Shown: positions 48,710 to 61,800 of the stretch, one piece after another
How positions within the stretch are numbered: the first letter of the stretch is position 1
Layout: the number at the start of each line of letters is the position of its first letter
Assembly: GCA_040954595.2 (NCBI GenBank)
Contig: CM082583.2
Coordinates: 11,483,656-11,547,655, forward strand
Source of the DNA: Balanoglossus misakiensis
Lineage: Eukaryota; Animalia; Hemichordata
Reading direction: 5' to 3'
DNA: 64,000 bases
Notes under the pieces: model-generated
The model's database searches: none
What the model saw: the letters and a program-made list of their open reading frames with translations, nothing else
Told to the model about the DNA's origin: nothing
Program-made: the position numbers and the translations under genes

Positions 48710-49890
48710 TCTGGCATGTGAGAGCGATCGATACTAATTGCAGGTGGCCGGTGGCCAAGACCAAGACTGGAAAGTATACTCTCGATAAAATAGTAGAAAA
48801 TCGAATTCTATTTCGCGAATCAATTATGGCGTTTGCCCATCAAGCCGCAAAGTAGTAATTTCTTCTCGTGTATCCACCGGGAATGTCTATCCCAGTTGTT
48901 AGCAGTTAATCAGAAACACACGCCCGCTACAGAACTGTGTCAGGAGCAATAACAAACGTTTTGTAAGCGCCCTAATGTAACGAACGCCTGAAAAATGCAG
49001 CACAATACCCTGTACCATTCTGTGACCATCAATTGTTAGCGAAAACGAACAATGAACCTTATAAATAAACTCATTACATTCATCCAATTTACTTGCTGGC
49101 CATTAATCAATTGACAATTAAGAAGCTAAAAGTTGTCGATGGACTTAATCATCGCGACAAGTAAACGTGACATACAATGCTATATTAAAATGTCGACGTT
49201 AAAATAACGCGAAATGACGATGTGCTTGGATGACCACGTTATGATTGGCAAGGTGCTGAAACTGAGTCACGTGACGATATCTGTCTGTGGGTCGCGTCAC
49301 AGTCAATGGTGACAGGTCCTTCTATTTCAACCTGTTTATTTGCTGTAAACAGTTAGGCCCACGCAGCCCTCAAATCACTTCTGAACGGAGTGGTACCGAG
49401 AGCAGAGTGGAGCAAATAGAGTGACATGGCGTGGGAAATACACAAAACCAATCCTCATTGAATAAAGACAGTTTATTGCTACGTGCCAAAGGCGAGGTAC
49501 TGAAGGGAGCAAAAGAAGAAAATAAACCCATATTCGGTAAAGATATTAGTATGGATAGCATACTATGGTTTCTAAGAATCTAATTAAGCGTCCGAAATGG
49601 CGTCGTTGACTTAAAACCGGCTTCTGTCGAAGCGCTGGTTCTCTATGCGTGTTCCGATCGAAGTTAAATGTGCCTTAGGGAACACATGAATACACTTCTT
49701 AACCATTAAGCATATTTATATTTGATATAAATATCAGTACATGTAGTAAGTGTAAGTGATTCCTAACGGAAAAGTCAAATTGAACACTTTGCATCTATAC
49801 AATGGTTAACTCGACATATCATAATCACATAGAAATTGCCACTGCAAATGTATATTTGAACGTCGCCACGGATTCTCGAATTGCCCCCTG

Positions 49891-52800
49891 TTAACCGTAG
49901 CTGAATGGTTTGACGGGGGTCGATGTACGACCCGCTCTCAGGGACTTCATCTTCCTCCAACAGACGCCAACGGCAATGGCAACGAACTGGGCGATTTCAC
50001 AGATGGTTATGATGGAGACCCCGAGCCACAGACCCAGCTGACCGCCAATATCGCTAATAATCCTACAACGCTGATTGACAAAAAACAACAAAACATAAAG
50101 GCATATTACTGTACTGTGGTGTAAGAGAGAAAGTTAAACGGTTTCATTCATCAACGTGAGAGCAATACTTTGAAATGTTTAGTGAACTGACATTGAACGT
50201 CTACCTTGTATGCTGCGTTCTCCTCAATAAATTCATAATTCAAATCTTCGAAGTAAACATCTACCTTCAACATGTTGTTCCTGAAATAATAAATAAAAAT
50301 CACTAAGCGAAGCAGTGGGTATTAGAATGAGCATTCAAGTCAATGTCAGCGTATATCATAGCATTTCTATGGGGCTTGCATATCATACAATGACAATGTT
50401 AGTATCTTTTTCACGGATGCCTCTACGTTTTTAAATGTCAAATGACTTACCTCGCCCATTCCACAATCGTAGAGTCCATTTCCCGTCCTTCGAATTGTGG
50501 ATTAACATGAACAATCTTTCTAAACATGGTTTTCTATGGAAAGACAAACAGTTCAATTTTCATTCACATTGTATTTACTGTTCGATAACCCGACCGAAAA
50601 TCAAGAAGAAATAAAACCCCGCCTTCTTTCTCAGATTTGAAAATTAAGGCTTCTTGTTGGAAGTCTGTACTATAAAATTTCTCCGTTTTGACATACCTGG
50701 TAGTTATCTGCCGGCCACAATAATGAGCTTACATATGGTCTGTAGGTTTTGTCTCTGAAAATTGAATAAAACAATCAATCAATCAATCCCCATTAAACAG
50801 ATTATATGGGAAAAATTATATAGTATGTCTGGCATTTTGCGTCATGACCCAAACTTTTCTTAGTGTTCCCTACTGCTGATAGAGCAACTATCGATCGACT
50901 TTCTGATTCAGTCACCAAACAAGGTTGTTATTATTATTATATGAATTTCAAACCTGCATGCTCTGGGACAATTGCACTTCAAATGACCATTTTGAAACAG
51001 CGTATCCACCATATCTAAACAATCTTCATCTGAAAATGAAACATATTGTGACACTGAATGGAAATCTGTAGAATTCCAACATCGATTGGAGCACACGTAC
51101 ATAATTACCGAAGAAACGATAGGGGATCGATAATTGACTTCGGACGCCGTTGGTGGCACTGTTTCTCAAAACCATGGATGCCAAGGCTGAAGTGTCGGCG
51201 AACATAACTGAAAGTCTGCAATAACAATCTATGTATGTCTTACCATCGAAGCTACTGAATGTGTTACAAGGATTAATCGGACGTTCCAGATTCATGGGTT
51301 TCGGGTAGTTCGAATCGAAACAGCCACACCGACCGATGACGCGATGCTGATAGCAACTTCTTTCACACACCTGTAACGAGAGCACCGGTAACGATTCGTT
51401 GTATGGTTCAACCACCGTGGTGGTCACTCCCCACAAACCGTACGTGTGGTTCAACCAATGGCTGTCTAGCACGGAACAACTGATACATCGAAAAAACACG
51501 CTTCACCACTGATATCAAGGTTAATCTTTTTATATCATTGGGTCCGGAAGATTTTAGAGAGAAAGAAAAAAACACATATTTCGAGTGGACACACTTTATA
51601 GAAGAAGGCAAGTTAGATACAGGGGGATACAGAAAGATGATAACATACCTGAACGCTGTATCCTACCATGTCGGACCGTGATAAATATATATTTGAGCTT
51701 AACTCCTCGGCAGTGAGTTTTCCTTCGTCTTTGCAGTCTCCGTGAGGGGCTGGCATGCGCGAAATGACCACCTGAACGAAAGCGCAAGTTTAGATCTGTG
51801 TTCATCTGTCCGTGAAACCGCTGGTATAACACCGTGCTCATAAATGGTTGGAGAAGATGTGTCAGTATGTGAGAAACTCATATTATTAGAAAAAAACATC
51901 GTATAATTGGTGTAGATCCTTCTCTTGTGGGTTTTGCACGCGACAAGGAAGAGGCGACTTTCAAGCAGTCTTTTATTCTCTTTGTCAATAATTGCGCCTG
52001 GTTTGTTTGTTCCGGAAAGGAAATGTCTTTGAAATGGTCCATTAGAAGTCGAAACAAAATTTAACCAATAGTGAATACCTGTCTAACTCCAACTGACACT
52101 GCCTGTCCAGGAGCGAGAGAGAATCCTTCGTCTTCAGGGAACGGCAATTTACCCTGAGGGTGTAGTATCATTATCACGCCAGCAGAGTCAGTTGAATCCG
52201 TCAGGTACTCGCTTTGTTCAATGTAAAGTTCCAGGCTTAAACCTGTACCCACATATGCAAAGTATATGCATGTATTACTTAACATAATGTCAACATGTTA
52301 ATTTTGTGGGAACCCGTGTGTGTGTGACGTTCTGGGTAAGTAACGTTTCATTACACTTTCGTGTACACAGCTTCGAATGCGTACATTTTCAACATGAATG
52401 AGTAATTTGGAAACAGTAGAAAAAATACATTAACTTGGTGCGGTACATTCGATTTATTCGTTCATACTAGTACACGAGACATACGTGCTAACAAACTCAA
52501 AACGTTTGGCTAAATTTGTGTTTGTGCCATCGTGGGTGATTAAAAAAACCGCTGATCATTATGCATGGGAAAATGACTCGTTCGAGACGATTCTTTCTTA
52601 CCGTGCTTATGTCCTGGTTTGTTGACAGTGAGGGGTTGGCTGGAATTTCCCGAGTTAAATGTGTAGCAGTTTCCGTATTTGTGGTTGATAAATGAAGTGA
52701 AATCCCTGAAAGTGGACATTGAGACACAATTATAAACTGCTGCTGGGATATTTTTGGAATTAGCGTAGTGAGTCTAAAATATACAAAATAGGAGGAGGCG

Positions 52801-54173
52801 TCTTTCGGTTGTATCAGTGCACAGTATACTTACGCTGTTGAGCACCGCTCCCCCTTCCAGGAACAATCAAGTAACATGTCCGATAACTGGTGACCTAGAG
52901 CATGAAGTGATTCCGAAGTCCTATTGGCCATTAGTATACTCAAGAGATGCTCTTTTATGTACATCTGGACCATCCTCCAATCTTCATCATCACCATCATC
53001 TTCCTCTTCTTCTACTCCTTCTTCAGAGCCGTCGTCCTGTGTGTAAAGAGAGCGAGTGAGTGAGTGAGTGAGTGAGTGAGTGAGTGAGTGAGTGAGTGAG
53101 TGAGTGAGTGAGTGAGTGAGTGAGTGAGTGAGTGAGTGAGTGAGTGAGTGAGTGAGTGAGTGAGTGAGTGAGTGAGTGAGTGAGTGAGTGAGTGAGTGAG
53201 TGAGTGAGTGAGTGAGTGAGTGAGTGAGTGAGTGAGTGAGTGAGTGAGTGAGTGAGTGAGTGAGTGAGTGAGTGAGTGAGTGAGTGAGTGAGTGAGTGAG
53301 TGAGTGAGTGAGTGAGTGAGTGAGTGAGTGAGTGAGTGAGTGAGTGAGTGAGTGAGTGAGTGAGTGAGTGAGTGAGTGAGTGAGTGAGTGAGTGAGTGAG
53401 TGAGTGAGTGAGTGAGTGAGTGAGTGAGTGAGTGAGTGAGTGAGTGAGTGAGTGAGTGAGTGAGTGAGTGAGTGAGTGAGTGAGTGAGTGAGTGAGTGAG
53501 TGAGTGAGTGAGTGAGTGAGTGAGTGAGTGAGTGAGTGAGTGAGTGAGTGAGTGAGTGAGTGAGTGAGTGAGTGAGTGAGTGAGTGAGTGAGTGAGTGAG
53601 TGAGTGAGTGAGAGAGAGAGAGAGAGCCACCACCCCTTCCAACACCACTATCTTAATTTACGAAATGACGTTTTCATGTATTAAGTCCTTTACCGTAGTT
53701 TGATATATTCCTGTAGACGCTGAGTGAAATTCTGTCGTCTTGTCTTCTTCAGTTGTAAATGGCAGACCAGTCGCTCCTTCTTGTTTGTCTTCTGCCACCG
53801 ACGACGGGAAGAACATGGAAAGAAGTTCTTCGTCGCCACTTTGCAGCACGGCCGACATCCTTATCGGGTTCACGTTGCAGAGCGTCACCGCGGGGAACAC
53901 CAATTGTTTCTCATGCTTGACTGTCAGACTGACAGCCACAGGGTAAGAAAAGTAGGTCGTTGTTAAATCATAAATGTAGGAGCCCGACATCATAAACGCG
54001 AGGACGACCAGGAAACCCCAGCCTAGCTTTCCCTTCAAACTGACGGAGCGATATATGTTAGGCAGGCCATGAGAAGACGTGTTTTGCAACAGATCCCCCA
54101 ATGCGTCTTTGAGATGTGGGTCTGTGCGCTCCTTCGAGTCTTGCTCCTTTTCCTCGACAGCTGCCAGTGCCAT
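49891..54173 (-). CDS. DEG/ENaC amiloride-sensitive sodium channel subunit (paralog 2)
   Basis: TSSHGLPNI, FPAVTLCNVNP, GLSLELYIEQSEY..PFPEDEG, CERSCYQ..CGC, CNCPRAC and TM2 ISDIGGQLGLWLGVSIITICE. Confidence 0.92.
53054..53626. repeat. Perfect (TGAG)n/(TCAC)n microsatellite, ~140 copies, followed by a short (AG)n
   Basis: Directly visible. It fills most of intron 1 (53037-53693) of DEG/ENaC paralog 2. Confidence 0.98.
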
Positions 54174-56215
54174 ATTTTCTTCTTCTGAAGTTATATTAAA
54201 CTGATATCAGAGCAAGAAAAAAACAACTAGTCCACCATGAAAGTTTTAACACCTGTTGATGTTGGCGGAGCCGGAGGAACCCGAAGCAAACTGCACACAC
54301 GCAGAAACACTGTCCTGTTATCTAAAAGGTTTTAAAGGTGTCTCCAGTCTGTTTTACCGCGTTACAATATTGAGGATTATTTTTACTTTAAAAATCAATA
54401 TGAAGGATTGACTTTTCTTATTTGAGTATTAACCAACTTTTGTTGACCAAGTCACTTAAATGTTACTGGGCGGAAACTGGTAGAGTATTGACCATAATGT
54501 AGTGTTCCACGTAAAGTGGAGATCCAGCCAATAATAGTGAAAAAGTCAAGTTTGGTGCGCCCTTTTTACTACACGTCACACAAAGAGAGATATCTCCGCC
54601 AGCGTTATGGCTCACCGTTCAACAGAATCAATCGATTTGATCTTTGATATTCAGCAAATACAAATCTCGATTAAACAAATCAATGTAATCAGGCATTGTT
54701 ACGTAACAAACCATTAGCATCATTAGCGCGTTACCATTTAGATGTCGCTTTTATCTGAATCTACGTCAAAGATCTATTTTATTTTTTTCAATAATTCTGC
54801 ATACTCCAATCCCTTTTCATTACAGGCCACTTGACTTGAGATGCGTCAGAGCAATTGTTTCCAAACCGCTTCGAAGAATAGAAAAAAATCTCGTTGCTGA
54901 TTGGTTCAAATCACCTGGACTATCTGGATATGTAAATTTCCGTTGAGACATCCGGGCATTTTCGTAAAAGACGGCCATGCTGTTGCTGCACGTTGCCTGC
55001 GTTTTGTTGCGGAGCGCAGAGACTCAAGTGAAACTGAGTTTCTGCGCTGTTCATTTTGCTGTAAATGCCGGTAAGTAAAAGTAACAGAAGTATACACAAC
55101 CACTCAGTTATTGACCAGACCTATAGGGTATATTTTGGCGAGTTCCAGGCAACCGAGGCGTACGTCCGACGAGCACAGAAAAAGTACACGCCTCACAGTC
55201 AAGCAGCTGGAGTCGGTTTTTCACTGCTTCAATTTACAAAGTCCACTTTTCACGTTACTCAACATGCGCGGTTTATTAGACTAGTCGGTGTTATAACACT
55301 ACCGGTGGGCGGCCGGTTTTTGTACGCTCAAAACACGATACAGTTTCTCTGGAAGGGGAAAGTTCGGTGGAATAGTTGCGGGTTGACGTGTGGTCAGTGT
55401 TTTTTTCGAGTGTGAGCGAATGCAAATTTCCTGCTGCCGTTCGTCCACTATGTCCAGGAGCCCGTCAGATAGCTTAGTACAATTATAACCGTATTTTGAC
55501 ACGTCTTTGTGGTTGGAGCAGTAAAATTAACCAAGTTGCCAAATTCAGTGTGAAATTCCAGGCAACCCGTAAATATTTGTATGATGTACCATCTGCGAAT
55601 GGACAACGGTTGGTGTACGGTGATCACGGCAGATTTTTTGTTTCATGTTCATGGGTAGACATTCACTTCTACGTACTTTTACTTGTTTTGCAGATGCGGA
55701 AACCAGATGAACTGATAATGATGTCTAACAGCCAAACTGAGGCCGCCATGCAGCTGTAACTGGGACTGGGTGAGGCTAGTGCAGACCACGTGGATGCTAT
55801 GATGTTACAAGCCAGATGAACAAGTAAGCCATATTTACATGTATTTTTCATTGTGGCCATTTTGAAGATGTTTTCCTGATTCTGACTGGTGCCGGTACCC
55901 AGCTCAGCGAACCGAATATGGATGCAATATGTGGATGTCATTTTAGTGTTTTCAAACCAACATATGACTTGCTCGGTGCAAGGTCATTAGTGTGTGTGCG
56001 CGCATGTGTGTCGAAGTAAGTTGTGTGTTCGTGGCCATGCAACTGTGACTACACGAGGTAAACGCTTGTATGTTCCATGGCTGAATGAAGACCAGTGGAT
56101 GGTATGAGGTTTCATAACAAGTAAGTGTTATAGACATAAATAAAATCCCCGGGGCGGGTGGGTCCCATCCCTCTGACCGTCGGTTTAATATAATAAATAC
56201 AAGTTTTTGTCGACC

Positions 56216-56700
56216 TGTAATCTTTCGTCATTATTCAATAAAAAAACACACACATTAAAAACATGCATACACTGATTAAACTGAGTGGTTTATTTCCGTA
56301 ACGTTCATCTACTCGCGTGCATATATAGTTAGGTCTAATACTATTTTTTTAGATTTGTAATCTTTCGTCATTTTTCAATAAAAAAAATCAAAAACATGCA
56401 TGCATACACCTATTAAACTGAGTGGTTTATTTCCGTAACGATCATCTTCGCGCTCGCATGTCTGCTAGGCTGGTTAGGAGATTTGTAATATTTAGTCTTT
56501 TTCCCTTACTGCAATAAAAGATTATTTAAATACAATTTTTGTATAACCTGAGGTTGGTTTATTTGTACTGGTCATCTTCGCCTATGTGTTCGTCTCTGTT
56601 AGCCTCAGTCTGTTATTATAGCAGAATAAGTTGTGTACGTTTACTTTCCAGAAGTTTTTTGAGATTTGTAATCTGTTTTTCAGGATTCTGTCATTTTGCA
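56216..56700. repeat. Degenerate tandem repeat, ~130-180-bp unit, 3-4 copies
   Basis: TGTAATCTTTCGTCATT..CAATAAAAAAA..CATGCATACAC..ATTAAACTGAGTGGTTTATTTCCGTAACG recurs at 56216 and 56356, with more decayed copies at 56484 and 56667. Confidence 0.75.
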
Positions 56701-58830
56701 TACTTTACATTTTTTGTAAGTCAGTAGTGACTACAACATTTTTTTCACTGTATTTTCTTGAGTGAAATGTTATTTTAGACACACAAATAACAATTGTATT
56801 TCCTTTGATGATAAGCTGATGCAATGTAATTCTATGCTATGTTACGCTATGGGTCACATATTTCTTGGAAAGTTTGGCATTTTCTCGAATTTTGATCTTG
56901 GCAGCCTTGGATGTTAAATTAACTTCAAACCAAGATGTGTGACCACTATGAGAAATGTGTATTTTAGTCACTGAATATTACTGTTTAAATATGATTATAA
57001 TGTAAAAAAGTATTCCTTTGTTGTATTTCATTCCAGTATATCTGTTGTATGTTAAGTCCACAGAACACATTGTATGATATCTTTTGTCTGTGGTCTCCAA
57101 ACTTTAAATCTGTGTTTATATGAATTCTTGTATTTTCAATAAAACTAGAATTAAACGAAAGATTTAACTCGTATGTGTATTATTTTATTCAACCAATACT
57201 AAGATAATTATTGGAACATGGTCAAAAGTCGACCCTTGATTTGAAAACAAAATCTGTTATCACTGACCCTAAACAGTATCGAGTTTACATCTATTATAAA
57301 TTGACTGTTGCCCGGTACCGATTTTGTACAAAACTCTACAGTATGTAACAATATGGGTTCCATATGAAATCACATTTCGGTGTTTTAAATCAAGTTAACC
57401 GACTTTGAATGCTTCGAAAGATGCTCGTGAGTGTGTGTGTCTGTGTGTAAGTTGGTATATTCCGGCCATGCAACTGTAACATTAGGTAAGCGCTTGTATG
57501 TTCCATGGCTGAGTGAAGACCGGTGGATTCTTAGATTTCAAGCATTTTTTAACAAGTAAGTGACAATCTCCATTGGGGATGGGGTTTTCCTTTATCCAAG
57601 TCCATAGAACGTATATCCTCTTTATTCAAACTTTTCCCCCAAAAAATAGAATAAAACGAAAGACTCGTGTCTATATCATTTATTCAATGAAGCCTAAAAT
57701 AATTATTGAAACATGGTCTAAAATTTGGTCCTTGATTTGAAAATAATCAGTTGTCTCATTGACCCTCGATGTTTGCATATTCAAAGATAGGTCAAAGGTC
57801 ATCACAATTTTGGCAAATTCTCGTGTCCTTGTGCGTGACGTCACTGTGACCTCAAGAGCAGGAAACGGAAATTTTATATGAGGGTGTTGTCCGCCAATGT
57901 AGTCATTTATGGTGAGAATCACGTGATGTTTATCCATCACAGTGATTGCTCCTTAAACATGGCCTTTCTGATCATTAAGATGAAGCTTGTCTCCAAGGAG
58001 ATGCTTTGAGTGATTGCACAATCCTAATCGCCATCGGTTCCGCTCTGAATACAAAGACGTACATCCGGGTTAGGTACACAAATCAAAATTGAAACCTTCA
58101 TATGTAATTATATTTTATACAGCATCTGTGTTTGCGTTGACCTTGTGACGTTCTCTAAGGAAAGAGAGTAAACCTCTAACAGAATCGGCACGACATTAAC
58201 CTAGAATGAAAATTTATTGGCGATTTGTATGCAACAAGGTAATACATTTAACTAGTTCTCCAAGATTTATACGACTGCAAAAGAGCCAGTGATATTTGTG
58301 ATTTTCATGGGGGAGGAGACTGATTCTCACAACCTATTTGTCTTCATTGACTTTAAACTGGACCAATAGATGATGAAGAAAGGAAGTATATACCCTTGAC
58401 ATTTGGGATAACAGGAATTTCCTTTTAAAAACCACGGTTTGCGATCCATTCATCTTCGACGAATGCTGCCCGCAGGATAAACGACACAACGACGGTCGTT
58501 CAATAGCAGATTGGTGGCAGTCTATTAATGCAAGGATGATGTGTGTATAAACGCGGGAAACTGTCGCGCCACCAGTGTCCGATGTAAGCAGCGATGACTG
58601 ATTTCTGCCTGTGAATCTTCACTTTTGGAATTCCGCGCAAAGGGCGGTGCAACGTCAATCATGTGACAGGGTCCGAGTCACGTGACTTAAAGCTGGCGTT
58701 GTGAATTGTATATTTATACAAAAAAATCTCAAAATGTGAGCAGTATACACACACCTGTTGACTGAACAGGTATAGACATCTGTTCGTCTTCCATCCTCAG
58801 TCTTCGGATGTCAACAAAGATTTCCCAACC

Positions 58831-61800
58831 ATGTTTTTCGTGTTGGCGGGACTCCGAACATACCTGATCGACTATTCCTGCGTTCTCTTGCTGCACATCA
58901 TTGTCGGAGGAGTTGTTGATATTCTGCGACTGGTCAGTTTGTCTTTAGAAATTGTACTCCAGTTTGGACCAAACTTGACCTCTAACGAGATCTCTGACAA
59001 TTTTCATGCCCAGAACTACAACAACACGAATATCTCCTTTGCCAATAGTACAGTTGAGAATGAACATCCGTAAGTATATCAGTACGTTATACCAGGAATA
59101 CAATATCTGGGTATTTTATTTAGGTCAAAGTTAATATCGCATTGGACAAGATGTTAATGGTGAATTTAGGTTTTCACCATCTGATGTTGCTTATTTTTCG
59201 GTGATGATGGTGAATTAAGCAGACATAGCGTGAAACGAAAGAGTCAAATGAACAAGTCTTCCTGTAGCTTCTATCCCTATCCAATATAATGACAAAATCA
59301 CGCTTGGTCACGTCTTCAAATGTGTTGTAAATCATTGTGATCAATGCGCGAGTCATGCGTGGTACAATTGTACATGTACCATTAACGCGGTCGACACATG
59401 GGCATTATTGGAGGAAACGACTGCAATGATGATGAACTGTGTGTATTGACGCGTCCACGCGCCACTTCCTGTTAAGAATACGTGCGTTTTAGTCATAGTC
59501 CCTCCACTCAGAACTACGATTTCGTTCGTGGCGTTTCTTTTTCTGATGTAGCCAAGGACATTTCGAGATGTTAACAAGATACTTCAACACAAACATTGGG
59601 GAACTATAGACTGTGCCGCTGGGACAATAGTGTGTAACTACTACCGAGGGTCATCTTAAAATATTGCAAAGGTTCGTTTTTATGTGTAAGAAGGGAGAAG
59701 TAGTCACTTAATTTCCAAGTGACCACTCTTCTTCAGTGACATGCGGGAAATATGTCTACCCACCCCACGGTTATAATAAATGAACGCTCCCTTACAAAGC
59801 AGACGACCTAATCAACTCTCAGATGGCGTTTATCTCAGCCGTTTTTTATTGTGTGGCAAACGCCATAACACCTGATGCTCCACTTGATGGATTTGATAAA
59901 CTTAATATTTCGATTGGAGGAACTACAAGGTGTGATAAAAAGCGGGGTTTTATCTACACCTGATTTTTATCTACATCTTATCCTTGTCAATAATTCCACA
60001 TTAGCCTAACTGCGAATAAAACATTCGCGACACAAACAGAATTCGTATATGAAAGAGTGTCGTTGCCAATGGATTACTAAGTAAGGTTATCGGTCGACCC
60101 GCGTCATTTGGAACATTTTCATCAGCAATATTTCGAAAAGTGTAATCTTTATTTTTAAGTTTTCGCTTTGTTGATGAATACTTTCATTTAAAAACTACAT
60201 TTTCTGAAACACTATATAACACATACTGCAAACTTCAGCGAAAATTAGGAATTCCAAAAGCACTCACGTCTGCCGGTCAATTTGCGATAAAATATTCAGG
60301 TGGACAATTGTGAAATAGTTAACCGCTGGATCTGTAAAGACTCGCGTTAAATTATCTGATCACGAACGATTTAAGAGAAAACCATTTGCATGTTATTTGC
60401 ATTTTTTATAGCGTTGTCTAATGAGGGTTCTGATATAAGTACCTCGTTACAGTCTAAATGTTCCATTTAAGATTCCACAATTGGAGTTCAACTCGCTCCC
60501 TTGAATGTTTGTGTACATATATATTCTGGCGTGAAGCCAAAGTTGACTAGTGAATCATAAAAGGCAGGGACACTTTCACAAGTCTTAAGTACTCGCATCT
60601 TATTGTGCTGTCGTCATTCCACAAATTAACACCCACTTCGTTCTCGCCGCCTTCAAACCTGAATTCCTGTCCAAAGCCGCGGAAATGTTTACACGTCCCG
60701 CGTTAGTGACACACTGGTTTACGTCACATTAGACACTTCCGCTTTAGTTCAAAACGCAACTCCGGTTTGACGACACAATTTCAAATTTGTCACGGTGTTG
60801 TTGCGTGCATAATACATCAAATGGTTCTCCCCAAATGTGAAGACATAATTATCTGCAGTGTGTTATAGGAGAGGTCAAAGGTCGGTCCCTGGATTGTAAG
60901 TCATCCAACACAGCGTGTGCAAAACTACATACAGTGTAATGATATATATCGGTATACACTCTTCTGTCCACCTGAGACTCTATTTTATTAGGTGTTTTCG
61001 AACTGTTAATGTAAAACTAGGGCCAGTTTCTCAATAATGAAAGCTCTTCCCTTAATTCCTATTAACGACTTATCTCTCTGTACTGTACCTCGTTCAAATT
61101 TATGTCCGTCTTTCGTTCCATCGGAAAGCTACTGATTAATGGCCGTATGGGTAGGTCTTTCATTTGTATGCATGGCTGCCGAACACAGCTTTATGGCGTA
61201 ACACTCATCAGACATCGCTCTGCGGAAACTGAACTTTCTTGAGACAGGTTTTGCGCCCAGCGTTTCATTACGCAGGGTTTGGTTCTGTTGCGACATATTG
61301 CCAATACATTCGAATTCAAATCACATTTATCATACTGGTCCCGTCATGTCAAATTATGTGCGAGTATTATTCACCTAACCACATTATGCAGGGTCGACTG
61401 CTTTCGGAAAGAGCGTTCGGCAGATTTAGGCGGACAACAATCATGGCTGGCCATCGGCGGATTTTCGTGAATACTAACTTTGTTAATTACTAAGAGACTT
61501 ACGAGATGTCAGTTATTCGTCTATCTGAGCAACTAACCTGTGATTTATTTATGCAAAAATTGTTTAAAGTGATAAATGATACCATAGTCGACAGAGTATA
61601 GCTCCTTGGTTTACATCAATCCCATTAAAACATGGAAAACGTTTGCAGGGACTGTTACCAGCTTTAGCATCGCCAGGAGACCTAGTATTATAGGGTTCAA
61701 TTAATGTCAACGGTGGACACACATTGTATGATCAACAGATCCCATATGCATGTATCAAAAATTAATATGTTGAATGTAAGTTGAATTATAAATCTTCAAT

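Noticed and set aside
52830-53648. 272-aa ORF of (SLTH)n
   Set aside because: Translation artefact of the TCAC microsatellite. Only 53036-52833 is a real exon.
8891-54173. Three-finger proteins acting as mambalgin-like ligands of the nearby DEG/ENaC channels
   Set aside because: They are ~30 kb and many genes apart, and nothing in the sequence links them.
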